Shown here: positions 7,343-17,900 of the stretch, in pieces
Numbering within the stretch: position 1 is the stretch's first letter
Layout: each line of letters opens with the position of its first letter
DNA from: a virus
Reading direction: 5' to 3' (one strand)
Length of the DNA: 64,000 nt
IMG/VR virus record: IMGVR_UViG_3300025133_000032
The notes under the pieces: model-generated
What the model was told of the DNA's origin: nothing
The model's database searches: none
Seen by the model: the letters and a program-made list of their open reading frames with translations, nothing else
Translations under genes and position numbers: made by a program

Positions 7343-9271
7343 TTAGATAATATTCATATCTCGGACGGTTACTGTACCGTAGAAATCGCTTCTGACCATA
7401 CGCTTACCGTATCTCGTCATCACGCCCTTCCTGGGTGTGAAATCTTCAGGAGCGAATATTGTAGGAGTCACAATCAATGGGACATAAGGTGCGTAAACGT
7501 ACCCAGTTTCAAGATAATTCTTGCCCTTAAACCCTACCAAAACCTTGTTCTGCGGGAAGTAAGGATCCTTATAGACTGTGAATCTATTACTGATTGAACC
7601 TACAGGTTCTGCGCCCATCGTAAATGGATTCGCGACTTGACCCTGTGCATCAAGACTTAGAAGTGGCTTCCAAGCAATCGATGCTTCAAGGATAGTTGCA
7701 ACATCAGGCCCGACAACAATGAAGTTAGCAGAGCCACGAAGCGTCTTACGATGAATAGTATTCGCTACATCAATGATTGTTTCGACAAGAGTCTCGTACC
7801 ATTCACGTACTGTACCAGTAAATGTTGGGCCGGGAGCAAGTGTGCTAGCCAATAATTGTTCAGCACCAGTATTCTTGTTAACAAATCTACCAGGTGCTCT
7901 TGACCAATAAAGGTTAGCACCATTAGCTTCACGAAGAAGGTCAGAAAGAATCTCACGATCAATCTCAAGAGCGATTTGCTCAGAAAGAATCTGAGTAAGC
8001 TCGACTTCTGCGTCCATGCTGTGATAAGCGTTAAGATCCTGAGCAAGCTCTGGAGACCAACGTGCTCTTAACTTACGAGTGACTGCCGTTACAGAGATTG
8101 ACTCAATCTTGATATCAATTTCTGGAATGATAGGTGAAGCATCAGATGTACTGAAGTCCGACTCGAAGGAAGGAATTGTCAACGTTGAACCATCAGAACC
8201 ATCGACATCAAGACTTGCGCCCTGTGCAAATGAAGCAGTAAGTCCAAGTACTGGAGTTGCAGGAGCCAAAGGACCTACAAGTGTACCAGAAACGACTGTT
8301 AACAACGCAGCGTTAGCGTCAGTTCTACCAACCAAAGCGTTTGCAGTAAATACGCCATTAGCATATGTACCTAACTGGTTAGTACGGCGGAGGTTAAGAA
8401 CATTCTGTCCCTGGCCTTGAAGTGCTTGTGGCATTACTGCCAAACCAGTTTGAGCCAACCCTGCTGAGAAGACTGCAAATGATTCAACCTGAGTTAAATC
8501 GATTGTGCTAGGTAGTGCGGAAAGGTCAAAAACCAAGAATGAAAAACGTCCAGTGTTATCAAAAGCACCATTCGCAGAATCTTCTTCGATTCTTTGTCCA
8601 AGCTCAGGATCGAACATCATAAGCTGTCCGTCTGTACCCGTTGCATGAAGGAAAGCACCTGCAGAAAGTGTAGTACCACCCTGATAAGCACCAGAAGCAA
8701 GAAGAACTAGCTCATTGCCTGATGTAGTATCATGGACCTTCGTGTAACTCTGCCCAACAAGGTCGTATTGTCCGCCAGTTGCTAGTGAACCGGAACGAAC
8801 ACCCTTACCAGTAGGGGCATTGTAAATTGATCTTCCTGCTGAATACGTTTGTGCATTCGCGGAACCTGCTGCGCCAGTTGCTCTAGCACTGTCGCCACCT
8901 ACGTTAGTACCGTAAGTATAATCAAGATAGAAAAGCAGGCCAGAAGGAAGGCTCATTGGTTGAATTGAGACAAGCTCATTAGCAATTAAGCCACCAAAAA
9001 CACGACGAACAATTGGGAATGCGATATTGCTAAAGCCCCTAATATCGCCTGATGATGCTAGTGCACCTGCGCCAGTTGAAAGTGAGTTAACCTCACGAAG
9101 GACTTCGGCTGCTTGGTTTTCAAGCATCCGCGCCATATTCTCTTTACCAGCTCCGCCGAGGCCACGAAGAAGACCAGTACGGTTCCACTTCTCACAAAGC
9201 TTGGTTGCTACTGCACCCATATCGCGTTGCTGAATTCCTTCGGTGAGTTGATCTAAACTAAATTTACCCAT
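7343..9271 (-). CDS. Major capsid protein, T4 gp23-like, with large insertion domain
   Basis: FPIVRRVF, LVSIQPMSLPSGLLFYLD, TRKLRARWSPELAQDLNAYH, EIDREI, GYVYAPYVPL, GVMTRYG. Confidence 0.97.
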   Translation of the reverse strand: MGKFSLDQLTEGIQQRDMGAVATKLCEKWNRTGLLRGLGGAGKENMARMLENQAAEVLREVNSLSTGAGALASSGDIRGFSNIAFPIVRRVFGGLIANELVSIQPMSLPSGLLFYLDYTYGTNVGGDSARATGAAGSANAQTYSAGRSIYNAPTGKGVRSGSLATGGQYDLVGQSYTKVHDTTSGNELVLLASGAYQGGTTLSAGAFLHATGTDGQLMMFDPELGQRIEEDSANGAFDNTGRFSFLVFDLSALPSTIDLTQVESFAVFSAGLAQTGLAVMPQALQGQGQNVLNLRRTNQLGTYANGVFTANALVGRTDANAALLTVVSGTLVGPLAPATPVLGLTASFAQGASLDVDGSDGSTLTIPSFESDFSTSDASPIIPEIDIKIESISVTAVTRKLRARWSPELAQDLNAYHSMDAEVELTQILSEQIALEIDREILSDLLREANGANLYWSRAPGRFVNKNTGAEQLLASTLAPGPTFTGTVREWYETLVETIIDVANTIHRKTLRGSANFIVVGPDVATILEASIAWKPLLSLDAQGQVANPFTMGAEPVGSISNRFTVYKDPYFPQNKVLVGFKGKNYLETGYVYAPYVPLIVTPTIFAPEDFTPRKGVMTRYGKRMVRSDFYGTVTVRDMNII

Positions 9272-9299
9272 GTTATATCCTTAACTCTTAAAGTTATTA

Positions 9300-11300
9300 T
9301 TAATCCTGAAGCAAATCTGTTCCTGCAATACGAGACCACTTTTCAAGTAGCTGATCGTTTTTGCGAGTAGCAGTTGCTGATGTCATTACCTTAGATGTTC
9401 CTGAGGCTTTTGACCGTTGTGCTGATTCTTTAAGTGTAGCTGCATTCTTTTTGAGTGCACCAACAATTTTACCATACAGCTTATTTACTTCCGCACCAGT
9501 TCTTCCCTTGTCAAGAGTCTCAACAATCTTCAACTTCTGGGCCTTTTTAAGACCAGGAACTTGTAGAACCTTATTCAACGCGATGAGCTTTGTGTTAAAC
9601 AGATTAGATTCTGCCAACTTTGCTTGGAGCTTTTTATTTTTAGCTTCCAAAAGCCCGTTTTTCTTATTTCGTTGCGCATTTTTTCGCGCTACGTTACGGC
9701 GTCTCGACTCGACAATGTCTTCGTCGTCGCCTTCATCGATTTCGTCCAATTCGTCAAGCTCATCAAGCTCATCGCAATCTTCGGCTTCATTAACGTTTAG
9801 GTCAGATTCACTTGAGTCTTCAAATGATTCTCCTTCAACATCGCCATCCCCAAAATCGCTTAAATCTGATCCTGGGCCGTGGCCGCCGTGTTGTATTGGA
9901 TACTTTTCTTCTCTCAATTTCTTCATTTTCTTTAGTTCTCTTAGAAGTGCGTTTTCGTCAATCTCGACGATATCATCATCATCGTACATTTCCTCAACGG
10001 GCTCTTCCAAATCAACCTCAGCTGGTTCCGCGTCATATTCGCCAGGAACCTCATCGTCCATTACGGAAACGTTAACGTCTTCACCATCAACTTCATCATC
10101 GCCAGGAATATCAAGGTTTAGAAGATAATCACCTTCTTCAACGTCATCATCAGGTCCCATAGCAGGAGCTTCATCATCAGCGACATCTAAATCTAGATCA
10201 TCATCGCCCATGTCATCCATGCCTTCAAGATCATCCATTTCGTCGTCTTCTGCAGGAACAACAGAAACTTGAATAGCATCTGCGTCAATTTCACCAAGTT
10301 CATCTGGTAGGCTGAGGCTAAGTCTAACTTCCGCCTCATTGAGTAGCTTGCCCTTTCTGTTAGCCATTTGTCTTATCTCCGTATAAAGTTTTGAGAGGTT
10401 ACTCTCAGCACATTGAATTTCTGAACTATCAATGCTGTCATCAGTTCCCAGGGTTTCATATAACCCTTGGACCGTTTTGTGTAAATCAGCTGCTTCTTTT
10501 AAAAACTTAAAACATGAAACAACATACTTAGTTACGCTCGATTCATTTAACTGCTGGTTACGAGTGTTTTTACTTAATTTGCCAGCCCTCAAATTCAAGC
10601 TCTTAGTAGCTTCAACAATAGTAGCTAAATGTCCTGCGCCACTGTAACTTTCCATTACAGTACGAAAAACGGCTTCGAGCTTATTTTCAATGAGGTTTAC
10701 CCTACTTTCGTTAGCATGTTCTTTAACTTGCTGCAAGTCAGAAAAAAGGCTTTCGCATTCAACTTTAATTTGTCTAGCAACTTCCTGGTTGCTGACCGTT
10801 GATTCGTTTATAGTCGCTAGTTTCTTAAGGGCTTCGTTTATTTTTAAGGTTCTTAACTCAATATAGTCTAAGCCCTTATTTTTCTTTGTGCTTATCAAAC
10901 TACGCAAAACGTTCGCGGACTCTGTTGATAAGTCATATTGGGTACCTGATGCCAGGTCGTCCATGTCAACAGTAACTTTACCATCTTCATCTGGTAGAGT
11001 TATGCCGGCGGCGTCGGGTGCTAATTGCGTGTTTAAATCGCCGGCCGGTAAATCAATCATTGGATCATCACTAGGTACTACATCAAGTGCCGGGATAGGG
11101 TCACTTTCACCAGGGTCAGTGACAAGGTCTAAAAGAATGTCATCCTCATCAGCCTCAGTCATTTCTCCCAGAAGTGCATGATCCAACATTTCTTTGATAC
11201 GTGGTGTAACCGCTTCGATAATTTTATTCTTTGCATTCGCCTCAGCAATTTCAAGAAGTTTCTCTTTATCTGCTACGGCTTCATTAAAAAGATCAGACAT
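9300..11300 (-). CDS. Prohead core/scaffolding protein (highly acidic)
   Basis: Directly upstream of MCP; D/E-rich, many L/I/V-x-E sites, C-terminal LAESNLFNTKL and KWSRIAG motifs typical of T4-like scaffolds. Confidence 0.8.
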   Translation of the reverse strand: MSDLFNEAVADKEKLLEIAEANAKNKIIEAVTPRIKEMLDHALLGEMTEADEDDILLDLVTDPGESDPIPALDVVPSDDPMIDLPAGDLNTQLAPDAAGITLPDEDGKVTVDMDDLASGTQYDLSTESANVLRSLISTKKNKGLDYIELRTLKINEALKKLATINESTVSNQEVARQIKVECESLFSDLQQVKEHANESRVNLIENKLEAVFRTVMESYSGAGHLATIVEATKSLNLRAGKLSKNTRNQQLNESSVTKYVVSCFKFLKEAADLHKTVQGLYETLGTDDSIDSSEIQCAESNLSKLYTEIRQMANRKGKLLNEAEVRLSLSLPDELGEIDADAIQVSVVPAEDDEMDDLEGMDDMGDDDLDLDVADDEAPAMGPDDDVEEGDYLLNLDIPGDDEVDGEDVNVSVMDDEVPGEYDAEPAEVDLEEPVEEMYDDDDIVEIDENALLRELKKMKKLREEKYPIQHGGHGPGSDLSDFGDGDVEGESFEDSSESDLNVNEAEDCDELDELDELDEIDEGDDEDIVESRRRNVARKNAQRNKKNGLLEAKNKKLQAKLAESNLFNTKLIALNKVLQVPGLKKAQKLKIVETLDKGRTGAEVNKLYGKIVGALKKNAATLKESAQRSKASGTSKVMTSATATRKNDQLLEKWSRIAGTDLLQD

Positions 11301-11330
11301 ATACTTTATCCCTCATGGATGCGTTATTGA

Positions 11331-11337
11331 TAAGTAC
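11331..11337 (-). promoter_or_regulatory. Putative late promoter (RTANTTA) before the scaffold/MCP genes
   Basis: GTACTTA; the same motif occurs at 338, 929, 1638, 12862, 21567, 26894, 55221, 57730 and 62624, each shortly upstream of a start codon. Confidence 0.5.
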
Positions 11338-11378
11338 GCTGTTCATAGCAAAAAACATTATAATTTAACACTTTATAC

Positions 11379-12008
11379 TTAAAAAACTTCATTAAAAATA
11401 ACTTTTATGTACTTGTTAAGAAGAGCATGCCCTTCTTTTACAGTAAAATTTTGTGAATGAATCCTGTTTTTGATGATGTCAGCATGGTCTTCAGCATCAG
11501 ATTCAGTATCTGCGATATCTCTTAAAGTATATGCAGGTGTTTCTGGATCAGATAGCTTTGGGCTCGGAGCCGAAAACCATCCTGCTTTAGAACCTATCCC
11601 TTTCTTAGGCCCAGTTTTAATCACACCAGCGCCATTAGCTATATTACTGGGAGATGCCTTATTTATAGAAGCTCCCAACTCAGTCACAAGATGCTCCAAA
11701 ACATCACTAGCCTCGATAGAAGCCATGATGTTTTGTGAACTAGCAAATGAATTAGGGTGATAAACTTTTTGACCAACATGATCAGCTGGTTGGTAACGCC
11801 CCTTTCCTCTCACTGCTTCTTTTGAGTCTTCATCGTCTAAATTAGATGACTTTGCCTCAATCTCAGTATCAGTTAAAGTGGTGTACGGATAAGAGTCGCT
11901 TGATCCAATGTCACCGCCTGCGCCTCTAGGGCCATGACGGGCTGTTCCATAACCACCTGCTACGTTGGCATCACCGCCAACAAGCGTGTTCGCTCCGCGA
12001 TGAGGCAT
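11379..12008 (-). CDS. Hypothetical head-module protein (Gly-rich; C-terminal LLNKYIKVIFNE)
   Basis: 209-aa ORF in the head operon. Confidence 0.65.
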   Translation of the reverse strand: MPHRGANTLVGGDANVAGGYGTARHGPRGAGGDIGSSDSYPYTTLTDTEIEAKSSNLDDEDSKEAVRGKGRYQPADHVGQKVYHPNSFASSQNIMASIEASDVLEHLVTELGASINKASPSNIANGAGVIKTGPKKGIGSKAGWFSAPSPKLSDPETPAYTLRDIADTESDAEDHADIIKNRIHSQNFTVKEGHALLNKYIKVIFNEVF

Positions 12009-12011
12009 TTA

Positions 12012-12479
12012 TTAGCAGGTAGCGCCAGAATCGCCAGGTGATAGATTTCCGGGGGTTACTCCGCCACCTTCATCCTGAGTTGCAATTTGTACAGAGCTCT
12101 CATGAGGTGACTTTGAAGATCCAGCACCAGAAGCTCCACTACGCGGGTGATTAGCAGGGGGAGCAGGTATGTCACTTGGATTCATGCTTCCTGGACCCGG
12201 GCTTCCCGGAGCAGGAGTATGCGCAGATCCAGGTAAACCACCAGCTCCCACATTAACAGACGAAAGATCAGGTGCATCGCCATAGTCAAGATCAACATCT
12301 GGTAGATCAGGGTTACCAGTAGGTGTACCATTAGTGAGTGTTTTCATAATAAAAGCAACTTCATTATTATCATAGCCACTAATAGCTGGTGAAGCAGGAA
12401 ACATCGCTTCTAATGTCGCAACATCAGAGCTACCTTTTTGGCCTACTCTTATTCTTTTTTCGATTTCAATTTTAGCCAT
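12012..12479 (-). CDS. Hypothetical Pro/Gly-rich head-module protein
   Basis: 155 aa; AGGA Shine-Dalgarno upstream. Confidence 0.65.
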   Translation of the reverse strand: MAKIEIEKRIRVGQKGSSDVATLEAMFPASPAISGYDNNEVAFIMKTLTNGTPTGNPDLPDVDLDYGDAPDLSSVNVGAGGLPGSAHTPAPGSPGPGSMNPSDIPAPPANHPRSGASGAGSSKSPHESSVQIATQDEGGGVTPGNLSPGDSGATC

Positions 12480-12545
12480 TATCTATCTTCCTATCTTTCG
12501 ACTGTCCAATGCCGCCTACTCTATTTACTAGTGATGGTCCATGCT

Positions 12546-12839
12546 CTATTGGCTCTTTTTTAAAGAGCGTGCTTCGTTAATTCTTTTACGGCGAACCTTC
12601 ATTGATTCACGGAGCGTTTTAAGCATGCGAACCAACTTTGCTTCTTTAACCTTTTGTGCCTTCAACTGGTCAAGATCTTTTTCAAGAACCTTCTTAGTTC
12701 CATGCTCATCGGCGTCGACTTCTTTAGTCTTCTTAGCTATCTTTGATACATCTTCGATTGCAGCTTCGCGTAAGCTCTTGCTCTCTTGTTGAATTAGTCT
12801 CTTCAGCACATTTACTGATAATTTATGAACTTTTGGCAT
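12546..12839 (-). CDS. Small basic prohead-core-like protein
   Basis: 97 aa; GGAG Shine-Dalgarno; VLKRLIQQE...LRE motif. Confidence 0.65.
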   Translation of the reverse strand: MPKVHKLSVNVLKRLIQQESKSLREAAIEDVSKIAKKTKEVDADEHGTKKVLEKDLDQLKAQKVKEAKLVRMLKTLRESMKVRRKRINEARSLKKSQ

Positions 12840-12892
12840 TTTACTCTCCGTGGTTATGTTATAAATATAACGTTATAAAGATCTTTACTCAA

Positions 12893-13504
12893 TTATTTGA
12901 ATGCTAAGTTTGCCCAGTTACCAGCAGACTGTGGGAAAAGATCACTGGGGGTATGTTTCTCTGCGAATGCAGCAGCAGCATCAGCCGGTGGTGAGTATCC
13001 TTGACCAGGCATCTGTGGACCAGTGCTGGGAACTGATTTTCCATGGCCCTTTGAGTTTTGTTCGGCAAGCGTCGTGGCCGCTGTATGCGCAAAGATATCC
13101 TGCATAACATCAGGTGATATTCCTGCAAGCTCTTGGGGCGCCTGTCGTTGATTACTATGTGATACATCATTGGCAATATTGCCTAATATATTCTGCGTCG
13201 GAGATGGCTTGTCAAGAACGCCATCAAATTCCTGGCGGCGCTCATTTTGTCGTGACATCATAAGACGCTGTGAAGGATTAATATAATCCCTAGATGCTGG
13301 TTCCTCTCCAAGACCAGCTAGTACGGAGAACTTACTAGTGTCAGTAATTGATGCATAAGATTCTGCCCCCTGTATTTGGGCGGGCTTGGGCTTCGAGGTT
13401 GGTGTTAAAGCTTCCAGCATTGAACCGGGATTAACTTGCTCCTTGATTATTTCACGCAAACATTCTTTGACTAACTCTTTCAGCTGGCTTCTTTTTAATC
13501 TCAT
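12893..13504 (-). CDS. Hypothetical head protein with LKELVKECLREIIKE leader
   Basis: 203 aa immediately downstream of the prohead protease. Confidence 0.7.
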   Translation of the reverse strand: MRLKRSQLKELVKECLREIIKEQVNPGSMLEALTPTSKPKPAQIQGAESYASITDTSKFSVLAGLGEEPASRDYINPSQRLMMSRQNERRQEFDGVLDKPSPTQNILGNIANDVSHSNQRQAPQELAGISPDVMQDIFAHTAATTLAEQNSKGHGKSVPSTGPQMPGQGYSPPADAAAAFAEKHTPSDLFPQSAGNWANLAFK

Positions 13505-13507
13505 ATT

Positions 13508-14149
13508 TTACTCGTCGAAGGTTAGGATGCTCTCTGCAGCACTTAAAATTCTGCCACTTTTTTCTGGCGATTCCTGAAGTGGTTTGTTTCCTATTACATT
13601 TCCATGGCGATCATAAATGACCTTACCTTCACTCATCATAAATGCACCAGGTGTCGAAGGTTCTGCAACCATATCCCAACAAATCAACTGGAAATCATCA
13701 TTTACTAATTGGTGGTCTCCCTTATCAGATGTCGAGCCAACGCCTCTTGATGAAATTCCGACCTTGATTCCAGATGTAATTAGTCCTTCAAGAATTTTAC
13801 CCATAGGCGTCGAAGTAAGTACTTCGATTTCACCCATAACGACGTCACCTTCTAGAACAGCGCTAGTAACTACATGTGATACCTTTTGTAGCTCTACTAC
13901 AGATGTCGATGGATGGTCTAATTCACCTAGTGCCCGTCTTTCATTAATAAATTTCTGGTAATTTCGTACTTCACGCTCCAATATAGCATGTGGGTAGATT
14001 CTACCATTCTGGTTTAATGTTTCAGCTTTTTGCAGAACACCTTTCAAAATTATCTTGCCGCCATTTCTATCACGCGATTCACGGATAGAATCTGCAGTAT
14101 ATGAAAATGGAGCCCATTCTTGAAGTAATTTGACTGGCACTTTACTCAC
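13508..14149 (-). CDS. Prohead core protein protease, T4 gp21-like
   Basis: NQNGRIYP, ALGELDHP, VSH, GISSRGVGS, DFQLICWDMVAEPSTPGA. Confidence 0.95.
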   Translation of the reverse strand: MSKVPVKLLQEWAPFSYTADSIRESRDRNGGKIILKGVLQKAETLNQNGRIYPHAILEREVRNYQKFINERRALGELDHPSTSVVELQKVSHVVTSAVLEGDVVMGEIEVLTSTPMGKILEGLITSGIKVGISSRGVGSTSDKGDHQLVNDDFQLICWDMVAEPSTPGAFMMSEGKVIYDRHGNVIGNKPLQESPEKSGRILSAAESILTFDE

Positions 14150-14984
14150 CTATAATCTCATATTTAAGCTTTGAAACCCTTAAATATCTAGTTAAAATTT
14201 TGTCGTCGATTACACTCACCGGTGTTTCTATTAACAGTTTGACTTCGTTAAGCTTATTTAAAACATCTGGATTGTTTTGCTCTACTAAACATGACTGGAT
14301 AGCATTAAGAGATGTCATTCTAATTTTTTCTACTTGCTCTTCTACAGTAGCTTTGTCATTCGATTTCTCAGAGTAGACATATGAATTAATTAGTGCGATT
14401 TGCTCATTATTAAGAACATTCTCATACTTCGTTTCAAATTTCCTTAACATCAAACCTACAGTAAATGGATCGGCGTCTTTCGTCTTTTGTTCGGCAAGTA
14501 TATTTTTTTCTTTTGGCTGTAATAAGAAGTCAGTCATACTCGACTCATATATCGCCGTTCTAGCAATATCATATGTCATGTCAGATCTCCAATCGTTGAT
14601 CAAGGTCTGTACCGTCGCATACGTTTTATACTCTTTTATCTGCTTGTTATAAAAGTTAGGACTCTTGAATGTGTGGTTAATACTTCTAATTAACAAAGAC
14701 TTTTCTTTATCAAGAGCTTCCCTATTATAGGATCTAGCAGCATTCTTAGCTTCGGAAATTATCCTACCTGCGATATCTCGATCTTCGACGTATGTATTAA
14801 TTAAAGCATTAAATAATCGAAATTCCCTGTATAGCTCAGTACCTTTCTTGAAATGCTTTTTTATAAGTTTTGTCGTCTTCTTAGCTTGTGCAATATCATT
14901 CTCGACAAGGCACTCAGTAACATGCTTGACTAAAAACTCATACATCAAGCCTGTGTTTCTCTTTTTGTTGTGTGACCTACTCAT
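14142..14984 (-). CDS. Conserved hypothetical head-module protein
   Basis: HNKKRNTGLMYEFLV N-terminus; lies between portal and protease. Confidence 0.7.
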   Translation of the reverse strand: MSRSHNKKRNTGLMYEFLVKHVTECLVENDIAQAKKTTKLIKKHFKKGTELYREFRLFNALINTYVEDRDIAGRIISEAKNAARSYNREALDKEKSLLIRSINHTFKSPNFYNKQIKEYKTYATVQTLINDWRSDMTYDIARTAIYESSMTDFLLQPKEKNILAEQKTKDADPFTVGLMLRKFETKYENVLNNEQIALINSYVYSEKSNDKATVEEQVEKIRMTSLNAIQSCLVEQNNPDVLNKLNEVKLLIETPVSVIDDKILTRYLRVSKLKYEIIGE

Positions 14985-14996
14985 TTTGTCCTCATA

Positions 14997-17900
14997 TTAT
15001 GAATCAGACTCGTTTTCGAAATCACTTAAGTCAATTTCGAAAATCGGATCGTTAATTACAATGTCATCTACATTAAGATACTCTGTTAACATTTCCCGTG
15101 GCATTTTCATTTCTTTCTTAATACTATCTATATGCTTGCCAAGTGAAGTTAAAATAACTCTCATTTCATATGACATATTTGATGTCTTATTTTCTGCAAG
15201 AAGCAAAGAGTCATCGTTTAAAATTGCATCAGAGAGTGAACCACTAAATGGACTACCACGAAAAAACTTTAAATCGTTAGGATCACCATCAGGCTTTACT
15301 ATAGAACTAAAATCTGGCATGTGCGTTTTTGTGGGACCGTGTGTTCTGCGACGCTTCCTATTATAACCATATCTCGATAGTTGATCAGATTGCTTCACAG
15401 ACTTTTTGCGCTTCCTAGGTTTATCATCATCTTCACTTCCATCATCCATTAGCGCTTGGTGAAGTGAGATATCCTCATCGTCGTTTGGATCATCATCAGA
15501 AACGATTAATCTCTTTCCGTGATCTTCGCCTGCGAATAAGTCTTCTTCTCCAGCGCCAGAATCTCCGCTATCGTCGTCAATGTCAAGGTCTTCGCCACCG
15601 CCCCCGTCATCACCCGCTAGACCATCTGGAAGATCGCCGTCGCCGTCTTCACCTTCATATCCGCCACCGAGCCCGCCGCCGCCAAGAGCGCCGCCACCCC
15701 CTCCGCCCATGGGTGAATTATCCTCAAGTTCTTCTGACTCAAGTTTTAAGTCAAGCACTCTATCTTTGAATCTGCCCTTCTCAATCAGCTCAATCTCGTC
15801 ATCTGATAAGCTTAATACTTCTTTTTGGATATATGATCTGTCAAGAAGGCCTTCTGGAATTGAACCTGCAATTTCGAATTTAGTTCTAAATAACTCTAAT
15901 TTTTGTTGCTGGGCGACCGTAGAGGGGTTCGATAGCATTAGCGAAAAATCTGATAGATCTTCGCCCTCATATCCATGTGTATATAGATGGATTTGAGCTA
16001 TCTTCTCCAATTCTGAAATTAGGACGCGTTGAATCTTACTAATTGTTCTACTAAACCTGATGTCTTCCTGTGCAAGTGTTGCCTTACTGGATAAACTCTC
16101 GTCATACCCCAAATATGCTTTGGGAACTTTTAGAGCAGAAAACAGCTTTCTTTGAATGTACTCTACATCAGCGATGTCAGATACGTGTTGTCCACCAGCC
16201 AAAGTATCAATCTTCGTTCCAGTTTCGCCACCACGAACAGGGATGAAGTAATCTTCGTCCACAGACAATGGGTTATACCTAAGATCAACCCTACCCGATG
16301 ATTTATCGACGACTTGAGACCTTTTTAGCTTAGTTTGGGCGGCTTCCATGTAGTTAGGAATATCCTCAGTAGGTACCGTTCCGACATCAATGTAAAAAAC
16401 ACGCCTTTCTGGTGATCTGACAACCCTATAAACAAGCATTGCATCTTCAATAAGGATTAATTGCCGCCAAATCCTTCTTGCACTTTCTAAGACGGACGAC
16501 CCATATGGCAAGAAGGCATCATTACCGACCATTCTGAAATGTGATACCTGCCAGGCGTCAAGTATTTGGTTACCTTGTGTAACCCACCTAAATCTTACAG
16601 CAAGGGGCTCTTCTGGATCATACCCTTCCTCACGCTCGACTTCATTTACAGGCATGGGAAACACATTGACTACACCAAGCTCAGGGTGTACATCATTGAA
16701 TAAGAACATATCACCATATTTGCAAAGATTTCTAGTCCAGGCTGTCAGGTTATGGTCAACATTAATAATATCAAGAAATAACTCATCAAGAAGCTGCTTT
16801 ATTTTAGGGTTCTCAGAAAAAATGTGGAGTGATGAATCCTTCTCATTTACGGCAGTCGTTTCCTCAGAAAAGATGTCAAGTGCACTACAAATCTCAGGTG
16901 TATTATGCGAAATGACCGTATCAGTGGCGAAATTCTTATACCCGTCAACAGTCAAGTCATACAGGGGAATTTCTCCATAATACTCTACAGAAACAACTTT
17001 ATGATTTGCGTAATTTTCTCTAAAATCAGTAAAGTTTTTGTAACCGTTGTTTTTTAGCCTGTTTTTAACTTTAGCAGCCGTTGTATCTAGTTTTTCACAA
17101 AGAAGTGACAACTGCATGCCATCTTCGTATGTGTCACAAACAGACTGGAATGTTAACGATGAATCGTAGCGTGGGTTTTTACTTCCCTTATTATCCCATG
17201 AGTTATTTTTCCACCCAGGTGAGTAGGCTGCAGCAAACGTTTCGAAATTCTTAAAACCATTTTTTCGCAATCTTCGCTTGATTACGTTCGGGTCAGTATC
17301 AAGCTTGCTGCATAAAGAATAAAGATTAAACTCAGAATTTTCGCATATTTCTAAAATTTTTCCGAAAGTGATGTCTCGTCTTTCAGCAGGATTATTCTCC
17401 TTCATAAATTTAGAATGATTAGCTTTAAATTTGTTTATCCACTCTTGATTATCAGGTGACCACTTGTGCCCATTTAAAATCTTACGATGGTAGCGATTAT
17501 GTTCGTCTGCCGTCATTATCTGTAGATTTTCTGGGTTATTATCAAATTTCGTGAAATTCTTATGATGAACAACTTCGCCCTCTTTAAGTTGTCTGTTTGA
17601 TGCCCACTCTGCTACTACTTTATGTTCACGCTGCCAACCATTCGCGATAGTATATATAAATCTATAATCGGTACCAGAATCTGTGCCTTTCCCTTCGCCA
17701 TACCATGATTTACGATAAAATGGCATCATCGAATCGCCGGCACTTAAACCGTCAATTCTACAAAACGTACCGTCACGTTTCATTAATCTATGATTTGCTG
17801 TCCCTATTATTTCCTTGCCACTATTAAATGTAACTTTCCAAGCATGATCAAATCTTGTCTGTCTAGCATGTTTTCCGAGAGCCGGTACGATACTTTTTTT

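Noticed and set aside
9735-9785. Short 9-nt tandem repeats
   Set aside because: Encode DELDELDELDEIDE in the acidic scaffold; ordinary coding repeat
15590-15715. GC-rich stretch in the portal 3' region
   Set aside because: Explained by Gly-rich low-complexity coding (GGGGGGALGGGGLGGG)
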